DNA from: Eubacteriales bacterium
GTDB taxonomy: Bacteria > Bacillota > Clostridia > Oscillospirales > CAG-272
Direction: 5' to 3'
NCBI GenBank assembly: GCA_045643885.1
Contig: JAZRFY010000026.1
Coordinates: forward strand, 3,953-67,952
DNA: 64,000 nt
The number at the start of each line of letters is the position of its first letter. Position 1 is the stretch's first letter. This document shows positions 1-9,935 of this stretch, piece after piece. Both the position numbers and the translations under genes were made by a program. Under the pieces are notes generated by a model. The model saw only the letters and a program-made list of their open reading frames with translations, was not told where the DNA came from and did not search any database.

Positions 1-2756
1 TTAGATGTATCAAATGATGTTCTATTAGATGTAGAAGAGAAGCTAAGTGTACCAAGAAGCTTCATAGAAGCAGCTGATCCACCACATACTGTGCAAAGAC
101 CATCTACGTAGTTATGATTGCCAGTAGCCTTTTCAGAACCAGCTGCGCCACAAACTACACATGTAGAATCCTTACCGCATGTTGCTGCATTCCAAGAAGA
201 GCAAACGTGAGGAACGTCGATTGTTACTGTAGAAGAGCCCTGAGCAATCTGAGCTACTGTGTTATAAATAGTAACTTTACCTTCAACTGTTACAACGTCA
301 CCGAGAGTAACCTTAGTTGTTGTTCTGAAAACAAGAACCTTGTTTCCATTTTCATCAATGATGTAAGGAGAGCAGTTGTTGTAGGAGCTCCATTCTTCAT
401 AGAAGCTATGAACTGTACCTGTGAACTTAACTACTGTACCTTCAGCAGAAGCAAGAACTTCGGGAATAGACATAAGACCGTCATCAGGAGTTGTGGAACC
501 GCTGTTGCCGCCTTCTTCGCCGCCTTCACCGCCTTCGGGAGGAGTTACTTCGCCACCTTCAGAGGGAGGAATTACTTCGCCGCCTTCAGCGATTTCGATT
601 CTACCGGGATACTGAGAACCGGAAGCGATCTGATCTCTGTAGTACTGACCTGACAAGCTGAATGTGTTGTATGTACCGTATGTACCAGCAAAGAATGTAT
701 CGGACTTACCGGAGATTTCATCGAAAATTTCGATAATACCGTAAGTTGTGTTGTATGTCCAAGGCAATGTAGGTGTCTCTGTTGTAAGAGAGAAGTGGCA
801 TCCTGCATAACCGCTATCCTTAAGATAAGCAGCTGCTGTGATATATGTCTTTGTTTCGCCATCCATAAAGAAGATGTGATAGCCACCGGTTACTTCTTCA
901 AAGTAGATAGCAACGGAAGCAGTAGCATCTGTTGTTGTTGCAAGGTAATTACCGCTTATAGAACCAGCAAAGTAAACCTTACCGCTGGGAAGCTCCATAA
1001 AGAAATTGTAGGGCTGACCAGCTACGGGAGCTGTGTAAGCAGGAGTAACAACGGGACCGTCGCCGCCTTCGTTACCACCTTCATTACCACCGTTGCCGCC
1101 TTCAACTTCACCTGTGTAAACTTCGATCTTTTCGATACGAACCTGAGATGTGAGAGTTGTGGACTGGAATACGTTTGTGGGAGCGCTGAATACGATTGTA
1201 AGAACATCGTTTTCACGTGTGATTGTTGCACCTGCAACTGTCATACCGTCCATACCGGACATGTAATTCTTTGTTCCATCGGGACTATAATCGTCAAATG
1301 TGATAACGATCTTTGTCATGCCGGGATATTCGATCTTAATTGTAGAACCAGCATATGCTCTCTGAGCGTAGGAAGGCTGAACTGTAAGAGCAGAAGTAGA
1401 GGAAGCCTTATCGTTTGTGAATGTAATGCCGTTTGCTGCGAAAACGTTCTGTTCGCCGGAACCTGTTACGAGGTTTGCATTACCCATCAAATCAAGAACA
1501 ACTGCGCCTGTTGTTTCGCCGCCGCCTTGATTGCCACCGTCATCGGGAGTGCCTTCGCCCTTAACTACGTTACGGATAACACCACCGGAAGTTGTTTCGT
1601 ATGTGCCATTGTAGTTTGTGATACCAGCAAATACTGTGATTGTATCACCAACTTCAAGCTCTTCACCACCGTTAAGTCTGTAGCAAAGAACGGGCTTATC
1701 TGTCATGCCATCAACTACGATGTTAACGGAAACGTTGTTATAAGCGGGATCGTATGCGTACTTAATGGATGTGATAACACCTGTAAATTCATAAGGACCT
1801 TCAAGAGTCTGACCGGACTCGAGCTTGTAGAGAGCCTCTACAACGTCCTTAGATGTGTAGTTTTCGGGAACTGTGGGAAGCTCCTGTTCAGGAAGTGTTT
1901 CCACCTCACCACCTGCACCGTACAAACGGCAAGGATAGTTTGTAGCACCGTTAAGGTAATCAATAGCAGAGCAAGAGATTGACTTGTATGTGCCGGAAGA
2001 GCCCATAAAGAACTGCTGGCCTGTTACAGATGTGTAAACAAGTGTGTTGTGTTCTGTGCTGTATGTGAAGTATTCAGAGGGAACAACTGTATCGAACTTA
2101 AGTGTACCCTTTGTTGTATCGCCATCTCTGGGGAATGCTACGATGTATGTCTTAACACCGTCTTTATCGAAGTAAAGTCTGTAACCACCTTCAACACCTT
2201 CAACTGCTTCGAGATATACGTCAACAGCAGAGAGGATGTCAGTTGTGTAAGAGAAGTACCAGCTATAGTTATTGTAGTTGTTACCATCGAAGTAAACAAC
2301 GCAACCTTCGTTACCGTGGAGAAGAGCGAGCTTGTAAGCAACGCCTACTTCAGGATTTGTGATCATACCGAAGGAAACTGTAACAACGGCATTAAGCTCG
2401 AATGTAGCCTTCTGACCACCATCTGTTGTAATGTTAGCAGTAAGTGTGTAGTTTGTTGTTTCCTTAACGTCCTTGGAAATTCTAACTACTGCCATACCAT
2501 CAACGTTTTCAACAGTAACGAATTCGTTATTAGAAGTCCATTCAATGTTGAAAATTGTCTGACCAACCTTGATCTGAGCAGCAAGCTCTTTGCCGTCAGG
2601 GATTGCAGTGTTCTGAGTCTTCTTGTACATATCCTTAAGCTCAGCAACTGCTTCTGCGATATCTGTTTCCTCAACCTTAGGCTGGAAGAGGTTACAGGAA
2701 GCAAATGTGCTCAAGATGAGTACCAAAACAATGAAGAGAGAGAGAATTCTTTTCAT
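1..2756 (-). CDS. large secreted lipoprotein, 3' end runs off the window (918 codons visible); duplicated beta-rich modules, OB-fold-like barrels, Gly/Glu/Pro linkers, Cys-rich CxxCG motifs
   Basis: Absent from the ORF track because it has no stop inside the window. My own translation of the minus strand starts at the ATG at comp(2754-2756), with AAGGAG 5 nt upstream, and is stop-free down to position 3. The N-terminus MKRILSLFIVLVLILSTFASC is a lipoprotein-type signal. The + strand ORFs 114-653, 795-1982 and 2049-2771 are codon-aligned antisense shadows of it. Confidence 0.85.
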   Translation of the reverse strand, partial: MKRILSLFIVLVLILSTFASCNLFQPKVEETDIAEAVAELKDMYKKTQNTAIPDGKELAAQIKVGQTIFNIEWTSNNEFVTVENVDGMAVVRISKDVKETTNYTLTANITTDGGQKATFELNAVVTVSFGMITNPEVGVAYKLALLHGNEGCVVYFDGNNYNNYSWYFSYTTDILSAVDVYLEAVEGVEGGYRLYFDKDGVKTYIVAFPRDGDTTKGTLKFDTVVPSEYFTYSTEHNTLVYTSVTGQQFFMGSSGTYKSISCSAIDYLNGATNYPCRLYGAGGEVETLPEQELPTVPENYTSKDVVEALYKLESGQTLEGPYEFTGVITSIKYAYDPAYNNVSVNIVVDGMTDKPVLCYRLNGGEELEVGDTITVFAGITNYNGTYETTSGGVIRNVVKGEGTPDDGGNQGGGETTGAVVLDLMGNANLVTGSGEQNVFAANGITFTNDKASSTSALTVQPSYAQRAYAGSTIKIEYPGMTKIVITFDDYSPDGTKNYMSGMDGMTVAGATITRENDVLTIVFSAPTNVFQSTTLTSQVRIEKIEVYTGEVEGGNGGNEGGNEGGDGPVVTPAYTAPVAGQPYNFFMELPSGKVYFAGSISGNYLATTTDATASVAIYFEEVTGGYHIFFMDGETKTYITAAAYLKDSGYAGCHFSLTTETPTLPWTYNTTYGIIEIFDEISGKSDTFFAGTYGTYNTFSLSGQYYRDQIASGSQYPGRIEIAEGGEVIPPSEGGEVTPPEGGEGGEEGGNSGSTTPDDGLMSIPEVLASAEGTVVKFTGTVHSFYEEWSSYNNCSPYIIDENGNKVLVFRTTTKVTLGDVVTVEGKVTIYNTVAQIAQGSSTVTIDVPHVCSSWNAATCGKDSTCVVCGAAGSEKATGNHNYVDGLCTVCGGSAASMKLLGTLSFSSTSNRTSFDTS

Positions 2757-2836
2757 AATAGCTCCTTTTAAATTTTTATTTTAGACAGCGCTTAAACGCT
2801 GATTCTAACTAATAAATGAAATAGAATTGAAATGAA

Positions 2837-4240
2837 TTATTCGTGGAATGTTACGTCGTTAATAGAGAATACCTGAATCTGGTAAGTACCAACTGTTTCT
2901 CCTTCGGGGAGATAATAGTCGATAGTACCCTTAACGTCGATGGTCTTGCCAACGAACTGATCCTGAGTGATGAGATTACCATCTGCATCTCTGAGAACGA
3001 TTGTACGAACCTGAATTTCCACACCGTTTACTGTGCAGTAAAGGGAGATAGCGCCCTTGCTGTCACCCTTTTGGGTTGTGTAAGCGCTCTTAACGTAGAG
3101 GTTGTTCATGGATACGGAAGCATCCTGTGCAAGGAACATAAAGGGGAATTCCTTAACAACGTCTTCACCGTCAACTGTTGTAGTGATTGCAACGAAGCCC
3201 TGGTTGGACTGAGGATCGAAATGCAAGGGAGTAACAAGCTGATAGCCGGGCTCATTTCCTGTGGAGATGAGGCTCATATTCTTTGCATTTTCTGTATCCC
3301 AAACATCGTACTTAAGGTCAGTAATCTGGTAGGAGCCGTTGAACTCGCCAACAACGCCTGCAAATCTGAGCTTGTTACCTACCTGCAAAAGCTCAAGACC
3401 GAAACCGTCAAGACCTGATGTGAGGTAGTAAGCAGAGATACCGTAGTAGATACCGTCTTCTTCGTCATAAGCTTCAATGTAAACTGAACCGCCGCTATCC
3501 TTAACGATAACGCCCTCGAATGCAACTCTTGCACCGATATAGTCTTCAATGTTTACCTTAAGCTCTTTGATTGTCATAAACTGAGCATCACCGTAGGGGA
3601 AGTCAGGGTCTTTTACGTTGGAAGGAGCGTAAACGTTAATTTTTGCTTCAGCTGCCTGAGCGATAGCCTTTTCGCAGTACTGAGCGTAAACGTATCTACC
3701 GGATTTGCTGGAAACAGCAAGACCTTCCTGAAGGATTTCAAGGTTAAGGTTTCTGTAATCAGCTTCACCTGCGGGTCTGTACCAAACCCAAACAAGGAAT
3801 CTTTCGCCTGTAGAGTCTACGTTCCAGTTGCTGTCATCACTTTCGATGATGATAGAATCAGCGCTCTGAAGCTTGGACTTTGTAAAGTTAGAAGCCTTTT
3901 TACCCCAAGGCTCGATCTTACCTGTAGATTCAGGAGTGTTGATGCCAAGATATCTTGCCTTTACAACACCTTCGATACCGGGTGCTTGGGAAATACCGTT
4001 GATATTTCCGCTATTGCTTACGTAGAAGTGAGTAGTGTCGCCGTCGATGAACATCTTAACGCTAACTTCCCACTTGAGTGTGTCGCTATCCATATCAAGC
4101 TTAAGCTGAGAGGCATAGTCAACCCACTCCTTCTCATCTGTGCCATCATCGGGGGTCTTGAACCATTCGCAAGCCCCCAATGTAGCTACAAGTGTGCAGA
4201 TAAGAAGAAATATTGATATAAATCTAATAAATTTCTTCAT
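2837..4240 (-). CDS. thermonuclease (staphylococcal nuclease, SNase) family lipoprotein with C-terminal beta-barrel (OB-like) domains
   Basis: Signal plus lipobox MKKFIRFISIFLLICTLVATLGAC. SNase core motifs ARYLGINTPESTGKIEPWGKKAS and RNLNLEILQEGLA. About 250 aa of extra C-terminal beta-rich sequence. Confidence 0.85.
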   Translation of the reverse strand: MKKFIRFISIFLLICTLVATLGACEWFKTPDDGTDEKEWVDYASQLKLDMDSDTLKWEVSVKMFIDGDTTHFYVSNSGNINGISQAPGIEGVVKARYLGINTPESTGKIEPWGKKASNFTKSKLQSADSIIIESDDSNWNVDSTGERFLVWVWYRPAGEADYRNLNLEILQEGLAVSSKSGRYVYAQYCEKAIAQAAEAKINVYAPSNVKDPDFPYGDAQFMTIKELKVNIEDYIGARVAFEGVIVKDSGGSVYIEAYDEEDGIYYGISAYYLTSGLDGFGLELLQVGNKLRFAGVVGEFNGSYQITDLKYDVWDTENAKNMSLISTGNEPGYQLVTPLHFDPQSNQGFVAITTTVDGEDVVKEFPFMFLAQDASVSMNNLYVKSAYTTQKGDSKGAISLYCTVNGVEIQVRTIVLRDADGNLITQDQFVGKTIDVKGTIDYYLPEGETVGTYQIQVFSINDVTFHE

Positions 4241-4284
4241 ATTATTAATTTATAAATCCTATAAAATGTTGTTTTGGAGTTTTA

Positions 4285-5688
4285 TTAGTTCTGCTGGCAG
4301 ATTTCGTAGTACTTCTGGAACTCAGAGTTGATCATAGAGCTGTTGTCCGCGTTAAGCACATACTTTGAGAATACGGACTGAAGAAGAAGACCAACCTGTG
4401 TACGAGCGTCTGCAGAACCTGCAAATGCGGGAGATGTGTAGTAAGCATCCTGCTGTTCAAGAGCTACAAGAGCAACGAGAGATGTGATGAAGTCACCACC
4501 GTTAGCCTTATCAAGAGCGTTCTTGTAAGTGGGTGTTTCCATAACAGACTTGATTACGGGAACGTAACCGGACTTCATAGCGTATTCAGCCTGGAAGCGC
4601 TGGTCTGTTGTGAGGAACTTGAGGAAGAGCCAAGAAGCGTAAACTTCCTGAACGTTTTCATCTTCAAAGATACAGATAGAGGGACCCTGAGAGATAACCT
4701 TGGGGTTAGAAGCGTCAACCTGAGGAATAGAAACGATGCCTACTTCGAAGGGATATGCGCCGTCAACCTTGTCAGGTCTCTGGTATCTAGCACCTGCAGA
4801 GGAACCGATGGACATGAAGATCTTACCTACTTCGTCATCAGCCTTCTTGAAGCCGTCAGATGTGTAAGAACCACCCATAAGAGCAGATGTGGACATCCAA
4901 CCCTTCTGGTACCATTCAGCAAACTTAGCAAGGAATGCCTTGTTTGTGTCGTTAACAAATGTGTAGTGCTCACCTGTAGCACTTGTGTACTCAGAATTGT
5001 ACTGTTCTACAAGAGTGATGAACATGTTTTCTTCGGAGTCATATCCGAGAGGAGTGGAGTTGGGGTAGTTCTGCTTAAGAACCTGAATGATTTCTTCAAC
5101 GTCGTCCCATGTTTCAGGAGCTTCAAGTCCGAGTGCATCAAATACTGTCTTATTATAATAAAGAACTTCTGTTGACTTCTGGAAGGGGAGAGAATACATC
5201 TTACCGTCGCCGTATTCCTTACCTTCATTGTAGTAAGCTTCGATAAAGTCATCGAGCTGAGCCTGTGTGAAGCCCATCATTTCGCCTGTGCCAAGAACGT
5301 TCTGGTTGTTGATGAGGTCATCAAGAACTACAACGGATTCAGACTTGTTGTAAGTAGCAACGTGGTCGGGATAGCAGAACGCCAAGTTGGGCTGGTTACC
5401 AGCTGTGAGCTTTGTTCTGATCTGGTCAAAAATGCCATCGTAATCGCCCAAGGACTGGTGTTCGATTGTGATGTTGGGGTACTTTTCGTTGAATCTTGCG
5501 ATTGCGTCTTCGAGCAATGCCTTGTTGTCAGCACCCATTGAATGCCAGAAAGTGATTGTTACTGCAGATCCGTCATATGATCCTGTAAGGTCGAGATCAA
5601 CAACAGGGTTGTTGTTGAAACAGGATACCAATGCAAATACATTGATGATCATAGCAACAAGAAGAAGAGAAACGAGAATTCTTTTCAT
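4285..5688 (-). CDS. ABC transporter substrate-binding lipoprotein (family 1 / CUT1-type)
   Basis: Lipoprotein signal ...FALVSC. Size and sequence are typical of family-1 extracellular solute-binding proteins. It sits directly downstream of two MalF/G-type permeases. Confidence 0.85.
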   Translation of the reverse strand: MKRILVSLLLVAMIINVFALVSCFNNNPVVDLDLTGSYDGSAVTITFWHSMGADNKALLEDAIARFNEKYPNITIEHQSLGDYDGIFDQIRTKLTAGNQPNLAFCYPDHVATYNKSESVVVLDDLINNQNVLGTGEMMGFTQAQLDDFIEAYYNEGKEYGDGKMYSLPFQKSTEVLYYNKTVFDALGLEAPETWDDVEEIIQVLKQNYPNSTPLGYDSEENMFITLVEQYNSEYTSATGEHYTFVNDTNKAFLAKFAEWYQKGWMSTSALMGGSYTSDGFKKADDEVGKIFMSIGSSAGARYQRPDKVDGAYPFEVGIVSIPQVDASNPKVISQGPSICIFEDENVQEVYASWLFLKFLTTDQRFQAEYAMKSGYVPVIKSVMETPTYKNALDKANGGDFITSLVALVALEQQDAYYTSPAFAGSADARTQVGLLLQSVFSKYVLNADNSSMINSEFQKYYEICQQN

Positions 5689-5778
5689 TTTTGTTTTTTC
5701 CTTTCGAAAATAGAATAATATTTGTTAAGATTTATCTTGCCCATAAGAATGATAAATCTTGAAACCGAATGTTAGGGA

Positions 5779-6705
5779 TTAACCCTTGATACCACTTCTT
5801 GAAACGCCCTTCATGATATACTTTCTGAAGAACATGAATACAAGGAAGAGGGGAAGAGATACTGCAGCAACCGCAGACATCTGAATAGGAATGTTTACGT
5901 CCATAGTCTGAACGAGCTGCTGTGTTACAGGGTCATAGTCAACCTTAAATCCTGCATCACGGATACCCTGAGTGATAAGCTTCATGTTTTCATCACTGAT
6001 AACAAGGTTAGGCCATACGTAAGTATTCCAAGAGCCCATCATCTTAAGAATTGTGATTGAGATGATAGTGGGGAATGCAAGCGGAATCATAACCTTCCAA
6101 AGATACTTAAAGTCGCTTGTACCGTCAACCTTAGCTGCAAGGTAAAGCTCGTTGGGAATCTGAAGGAAGTTCTGTCTCAAAAGATAGATGTAGAAAACGC
6201 TTACAAGGAAGGGAATGATAAGCACCTCATAGGTATTTTCCCAGTTGATAAGAGCGATAGTCTGATAGTTTGTGATCGTGAAAAGCTCACCGGGAATCAT
6301 CATTGTACCAAGAAGAGCTGCAAAGAGCGCGTTCTTGCCCTTGAATTCAAGTCTTGCAAAAGCAAAAGCTGAAAGGATCGTAATTACAAGTGAAAGGAGT
6401 GTTGAAACAACACCAACGTAAACTGTATTAAGGAACAATTTTTCAAGGTTAGCTGTTTCAAAAGCATAGAGATAGTTCTCAAAGTGGAACTCTTCAGGGA
6501 AGAGTGTGGGAGGATTTCTCATATATTCTGTCATTGACTTAACAGAAGAGATGAGCATCCAATAGAAGGGGAGCAAAACTGAGAAAGCAACTGTCAAAAG
6601 GAAGCCGTAATTGATAATAGTACCAAATACTTTAGTAACCTTCTGAGTAGTAGTTACTTTGGCAAAGTCTTTTTCCTGCATTGTGCGTGATGTAAGATTA
6701 GCCAT
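5779..6705 (-). CDS. carbohydrate-type ABC transporter permease (MalG/UgpE-like)
   Basis: Six-TM profile with the EAA-like loop LAAKVDGTSDFKYLWKVMIPLAFP. Confidence 0.9.
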   Translation of the reverse strand: MANLTSRTMQEKDFAKVTTTQKVTKVFGTIINYGFLLTVAFSVLLPFYWMLISSVKSMTEYMRNPPTLFPEEFHFENYLYAFETANLEKLFLNTVYVGVVSTLLSLVITILSAFAFARLEFKGKNALFAALLGTMMIPGELFTITNYQTIALINWENTYEVLIIPFLVSVFYIYLLRQNFLQIPNELYLAAKVDGTSDFKYLWKVMIPLAFPTIISITILKMMGSWNTYVWPNLVISDENMKLITQGIRDAGFKVDYDPVTQQLVQTMDVNIPIQMSAVAAVSLPLFLVFMFFRKYIMKGVSRSGIKG

Positions 6706-6717
6706 GCTTGCACCTCC

Positions 6718-7686
6718 TTAATACTGAGTCTTCTTGCTGCTTACCTTGAGGTTAATAAGTGTAACCACGAAGATAATGCCAAACAAGATAAGAGCAGCTG
6801 CGCTTGCTCGACCCTGGTTCTGAGCGATATACTTATAAATATAACCAACCATCGTATTAAGACGGTAAGCTTCACCAACAGGACCCATACTTTCACCGAA
6901 TACACCGACGATACTTGTGTATTCCTTAAATCCTCCGATAAAGCCTGTGATGATAACGTATGCAATCATAGGAGAAAGAAGCGGTACAGTAATTCTTGTG
7001 AAAGTTCTTACCTTGGAAGTACCGTCAACCTTAGCAGCATCATAGTACTGCTTGTTTACACTCTGCAAGCCACCAAGAAGAATAAGGATCTTGAAGGGAA
7101 GAGCGTTCCAAACGATGTATACAACCATTACCAACATATTTTGCCAATATGTGGACTGCGGACCTAACCAGTCAACAGGAGCAATGTGGAACAGGCCAAG
7201 AATATCGTTAACGATACCGGCAGTTACAATAATAGTTTCACCATTATTCTTAACTGTAGACATGGTAAACATTGCTGCAAATACAATACCTATCGCAATT
7301 GAGTTTGTAACGTAGGGAAGGAAGTAAATTGTCTGCAATGTTCTGTTAAGGAATTTAATAGAGTTAAGAGAAACCGCGATAACCAACGCAATGAATGTTG
7401 AAAGCGGTACTGTCAAAACGCAAAGGAGGAGAGTGTTCTTAAGGATATTGGCGAACTCTTTGTTTTTGATAACAGTCAAAAAGTTTTCAAAACCTATAGT
7501 AAAGGGATATGGATCTCCTCTGTATTGGCCCTTACGGAACCAACCAAGCTCGATTGCTGTATCATAGCCCTCAAAGAATGCAAGTCTTACTGTGTTAATA
7601 ATAGGCCAAACAGTAAAGATAAGCAAAAGGATGATTGCGGGTGTAAGATACAACCAAGCTTTCCATTGTTGTTTATTATCAACCAT
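6718..7686 (-). CDS. carbohydrate-type ABC transporter permease (MalF/UgpA-like)
   Basis: TM-rich protein with the EAA loop DAAKVDGTSKVRTFTRITVPLLSP. Confidence 0.9.
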   Translation of the reverse strand: MVDNKQQWKAWLYLTPAIILLLIFTVWPIINTVRLAFFEGYDTAIELGWFRKGQYRGDPYPFTIGFENFLTVIKNKEFANILKNTLLLCVLTVPLSTFIALVIAVSLNSIKFLNRTLQTIYFLPYVTNSIAIGIVFAAMFTMSTVKNNGETIIVTAGIVNDILGLFHIAPVDWLGPQSTYWQNMLVMVVYIVWNALPFKILILLGGLQSVNKQYYDAAKVDGTSKVRTFTRITVPLLSPMIAYVIITGFIGGFKEYTSIVGVFGESMGPVGEAYRLNTMVGYIYKYIAQNQGRASAAALILFGIIFVVTLINLKVSSKKTQY

Positions 7687-7698
7687 AGCCAGCTCTCC

Positions 7699-8796
7699 TT
7701 AGAAATAGATTCTTTCTTCTGTTTCCTTATTGAAAACAAATACCTTATGAGGCTTAAGAGAGAAGCTTACAGTCTTAGCTGTAGCATCGATCTGAGCGTC
7801 GGAATTGATGATAGATCTTACTACGGGGTTAAGAGAATCGTCGTGAGTAGAAACGATGCTTACGTCACGTCCCATAACCTCGATATTTGAAAGGTTAACT
7901 GTAAGAGGACCGTTAGGATCAAGGTTGAAGCCTTCAGGACGGATACCAACAGTTACGGGCTGATTTTCAACGCCGGGAGTTTCAAGAACCTCAGCACCAC
8001 CGATAAGGAGCTTGCCGGACTTGATTTCACCGTTGAATACGTTAACAGGAGGAGTACCAAGGAACTTAGCAACGAAGAGGTTAGCGGGATCGTCATAAAC
8101 GTTCTGGGGCTTACCGATCTGCTGAACAACACCAAGCTTCATAACAACGATGAAGTCGGAGATGCTCATTGCTTCTTCCTGGTCGTGAGTTACGAAAATT
8201 GTTGTGATGCCAGTTTCCTTCTGGATTCTCTTGATCTCTTCACGAGTCTGAAGTCTGAGACGTGCGTCAAGGTTTGAGAGAGGTTCGTCAAGAAGAAGAA
8301 CGCGGGGCATTTTAACAAGAGCACGAGCAATAGCTACACGCTGCTGCTGACCACCGGAAAGCTCACTGGGCTTTCTCTCCATAAGCTCGTCGATCTGAAC
8401 GAGTCTTGCTGCCTCATAAGCTCTTTCGAGCATAACTTCCTTAGAGAGCTTATCAGCGCCCTTAAGGTTCTGCAAGGGGAACAAAATGTTCTGCTTAACA
8501 GTCATATGAGGGTAAAGTGGGTAGTTCTGGAATACCAAGCCTACGCCACGGCTTTCGGTCGGAAGCTCGGTAACGTCTTCGTCACCAAAGAATATCTGAC
8601 CTGAGGAAGGTTTTTGCAAACCACTGATCATGTAGAGGGTTGTACTTTTACCGCATCCTGAAGGACCAAGCAAGCCAATAAGCTTACCGTCAGGAATTTC
8701 GAAGTTAAAGTTATTAACCGCTACAACATCTTCGCCAACCTTTTTCTTATCACGGTTAGGGAAGACCTTTGTTAAATTCTGCAAAACAACTTTCAT
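7699..8796 (-). CDS. ABC transporter ATP-binding protein (MalK/UgpC/MsmK family)
   Basis: Walker A GPSGCGKST, signature LSGGQQQRVAIARAL, Walker B LLLDEPLSNLD, and a C-terminal MalK-type regulatory domain. Confidence 0.95.
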   Translation of the reverse strand: MKVVLQNLTKVFPNRDKKKVGEDVVAVNNFNFEIPDGKLIGLLGPSGCGKSTTLYMISGLQKPSSGQIFFGDEDVTELPTESRGVGLVFQNYPLYPHMTVKQNILFPLQNLKGADKLSKEVMLERAYEAARLVQIDELMERKPSELSGGQQQRVAIARALVKMPRVLLLDEPLSNLDARLRLQTREEIKRIQKETGITTIFVTHDQEEAMSISDFIVVMKLGVVQQIGKPQNVYDDPANLFVAKFLGTPPVNVFNGEIKSGKLLIGGAEVLETPGVENQPVTVGIRPEGFNLDPNGPLTVNLSNIEVMGRDVSIVSTHDDSLNPVVRSIINSDAQIDATAKTVSFSLKPHKVFVFNKETEERIYF

Positions 8797-8857
8797 AAAA
8801 TCTCCATTTCCTTTTATATAAAAAATTTTATTTTGAGAACAAATTTAATTAAGGCAA

Positions 8858-9673
8858 TCAATAAGGTGCCTTATCTGCCATTTCCTTGTGGATACGGCGC
8901 TTATATTCCTCCAAAGCTTTAACTGAATCGAATATCATCTGACTTTGAAGGTCAACAACGACTGTAACAGCCAATTTGTCGTGAATGAGTGATCTTGTTC
9001 TGCGTGAGGTCAAGAAGAACACAACCTCAAGCAATAATATCAAAGCAAGAATTGACAATGGCAATATGGGAGAGAAACCAAGCAATAAGAATAATCCCAT
9101 CAGAAGGGGCACCATAGTTTCAATCGTGAATTTACCAAGTATAGTTCTTACAAAGAGCATAAAGGGAGTAATCTGTACGCAATCCTCTCTGACAACGGCG
9201 ATTGAGAAAAGCTTCTTTCCAAGTGTCTGACCGTTTTTAAAGAGAAGGGGAACGATAAACTCAAGAGCGATGTAAGCAAGCAAGATTGCCAATGAAACGT
9301 TTGTCAAAACCATTGAAAACATAATTGCCTCGTAGCTTGCAATGTCTTCATCATTTTCAATTGCATCGTGGCAAAGCTTAAACGGCTCTTTAACCTCGTC
9401 AGGCAAAAGAGCGATTTCATCGTCAAGCATGTAATCACTCATGATCTCATATTGACTAAAGCTTACCTCATACTTTTTCTCAAGCTCGGAAATGTTGTAC
9501 ATTTCCAAATAATAATTTTCTTTATCGGATGCCGCATCTATATATGAGTCATATCCGGTTATATTAAACAAAAGTAATGCAAGTCCAAGAGCCAAAATGA
9601 CAATGAAAATAAAGTCAAGAAGGAAAGCTGAGGCTCTCTTTGTAAAGCTTGCTTTTTGCAAATCGTAAATCAT
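8858..9673 (-). CDS. RDD family membrane protein
   Basis: N-terminal KRASAFLLDFIFI, GQTLGKKLFSIAVV and C-terminal HDKLAVTVVV match the RDD-domain pattern. Several TM segments are present. Confidence 0.75.
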   Translation of the reverse strand: MIYDLQKASFTKRASAFLLDFIFIVILALGLALLLFNITGYDSYIDAASDKENYYLEMYNISELEKKYEVSFSQYEIMSDYMLDDEIALLPDEVKEPFKLCHDAIENDEDIASYEAIMFSMVLTNVSLAILLAYIALEFIVPLLFKNGQTLGKKLFSIAVVREDCVQITPFMLFVRTILGKFTIETMVPLLMGLFLLLGFSPILPLSILALILLLEVVFFLTSRRTRSLIHDKLAVTVVVDLQSQMIFDSVKALEEYKRRIHKEMADKAPY

Positions 9674-9935
9674 CTCAAAAAACCCTTATTATAATTTAAT
9701 GTGGGAAACTATGTAAACGAAAGTTTGCATAGCTATAAATCATAAAATTACCCTATATACATAATAGCACAAACTTCTTCAAAAAACAAGCATTTTTTTC
9801 TCAAATAAAAGCAAAAAATAATTTTTCGTCAATTTGACAAAAAATGATATAAAAAAGGCAAATCATAAGTAATTTAGTACAAATTCAGCACTAAGAAAAT
9901 TCATTTATATTCATATTTTTAGCCGAATTTATATA

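Noticed and set aside
114-2771. Three long + strand ORFs (179, 395 and 240 aa) with extreme Cys/Asn/Val content.
   Set aside because: They are codon-aligned antisense shadows of the real minus-strand lipoprotein gene (1-2756). They lack RBSs, have an implausible composition, and the opposite strand gives a coherent signal peptide plus domain repeats.
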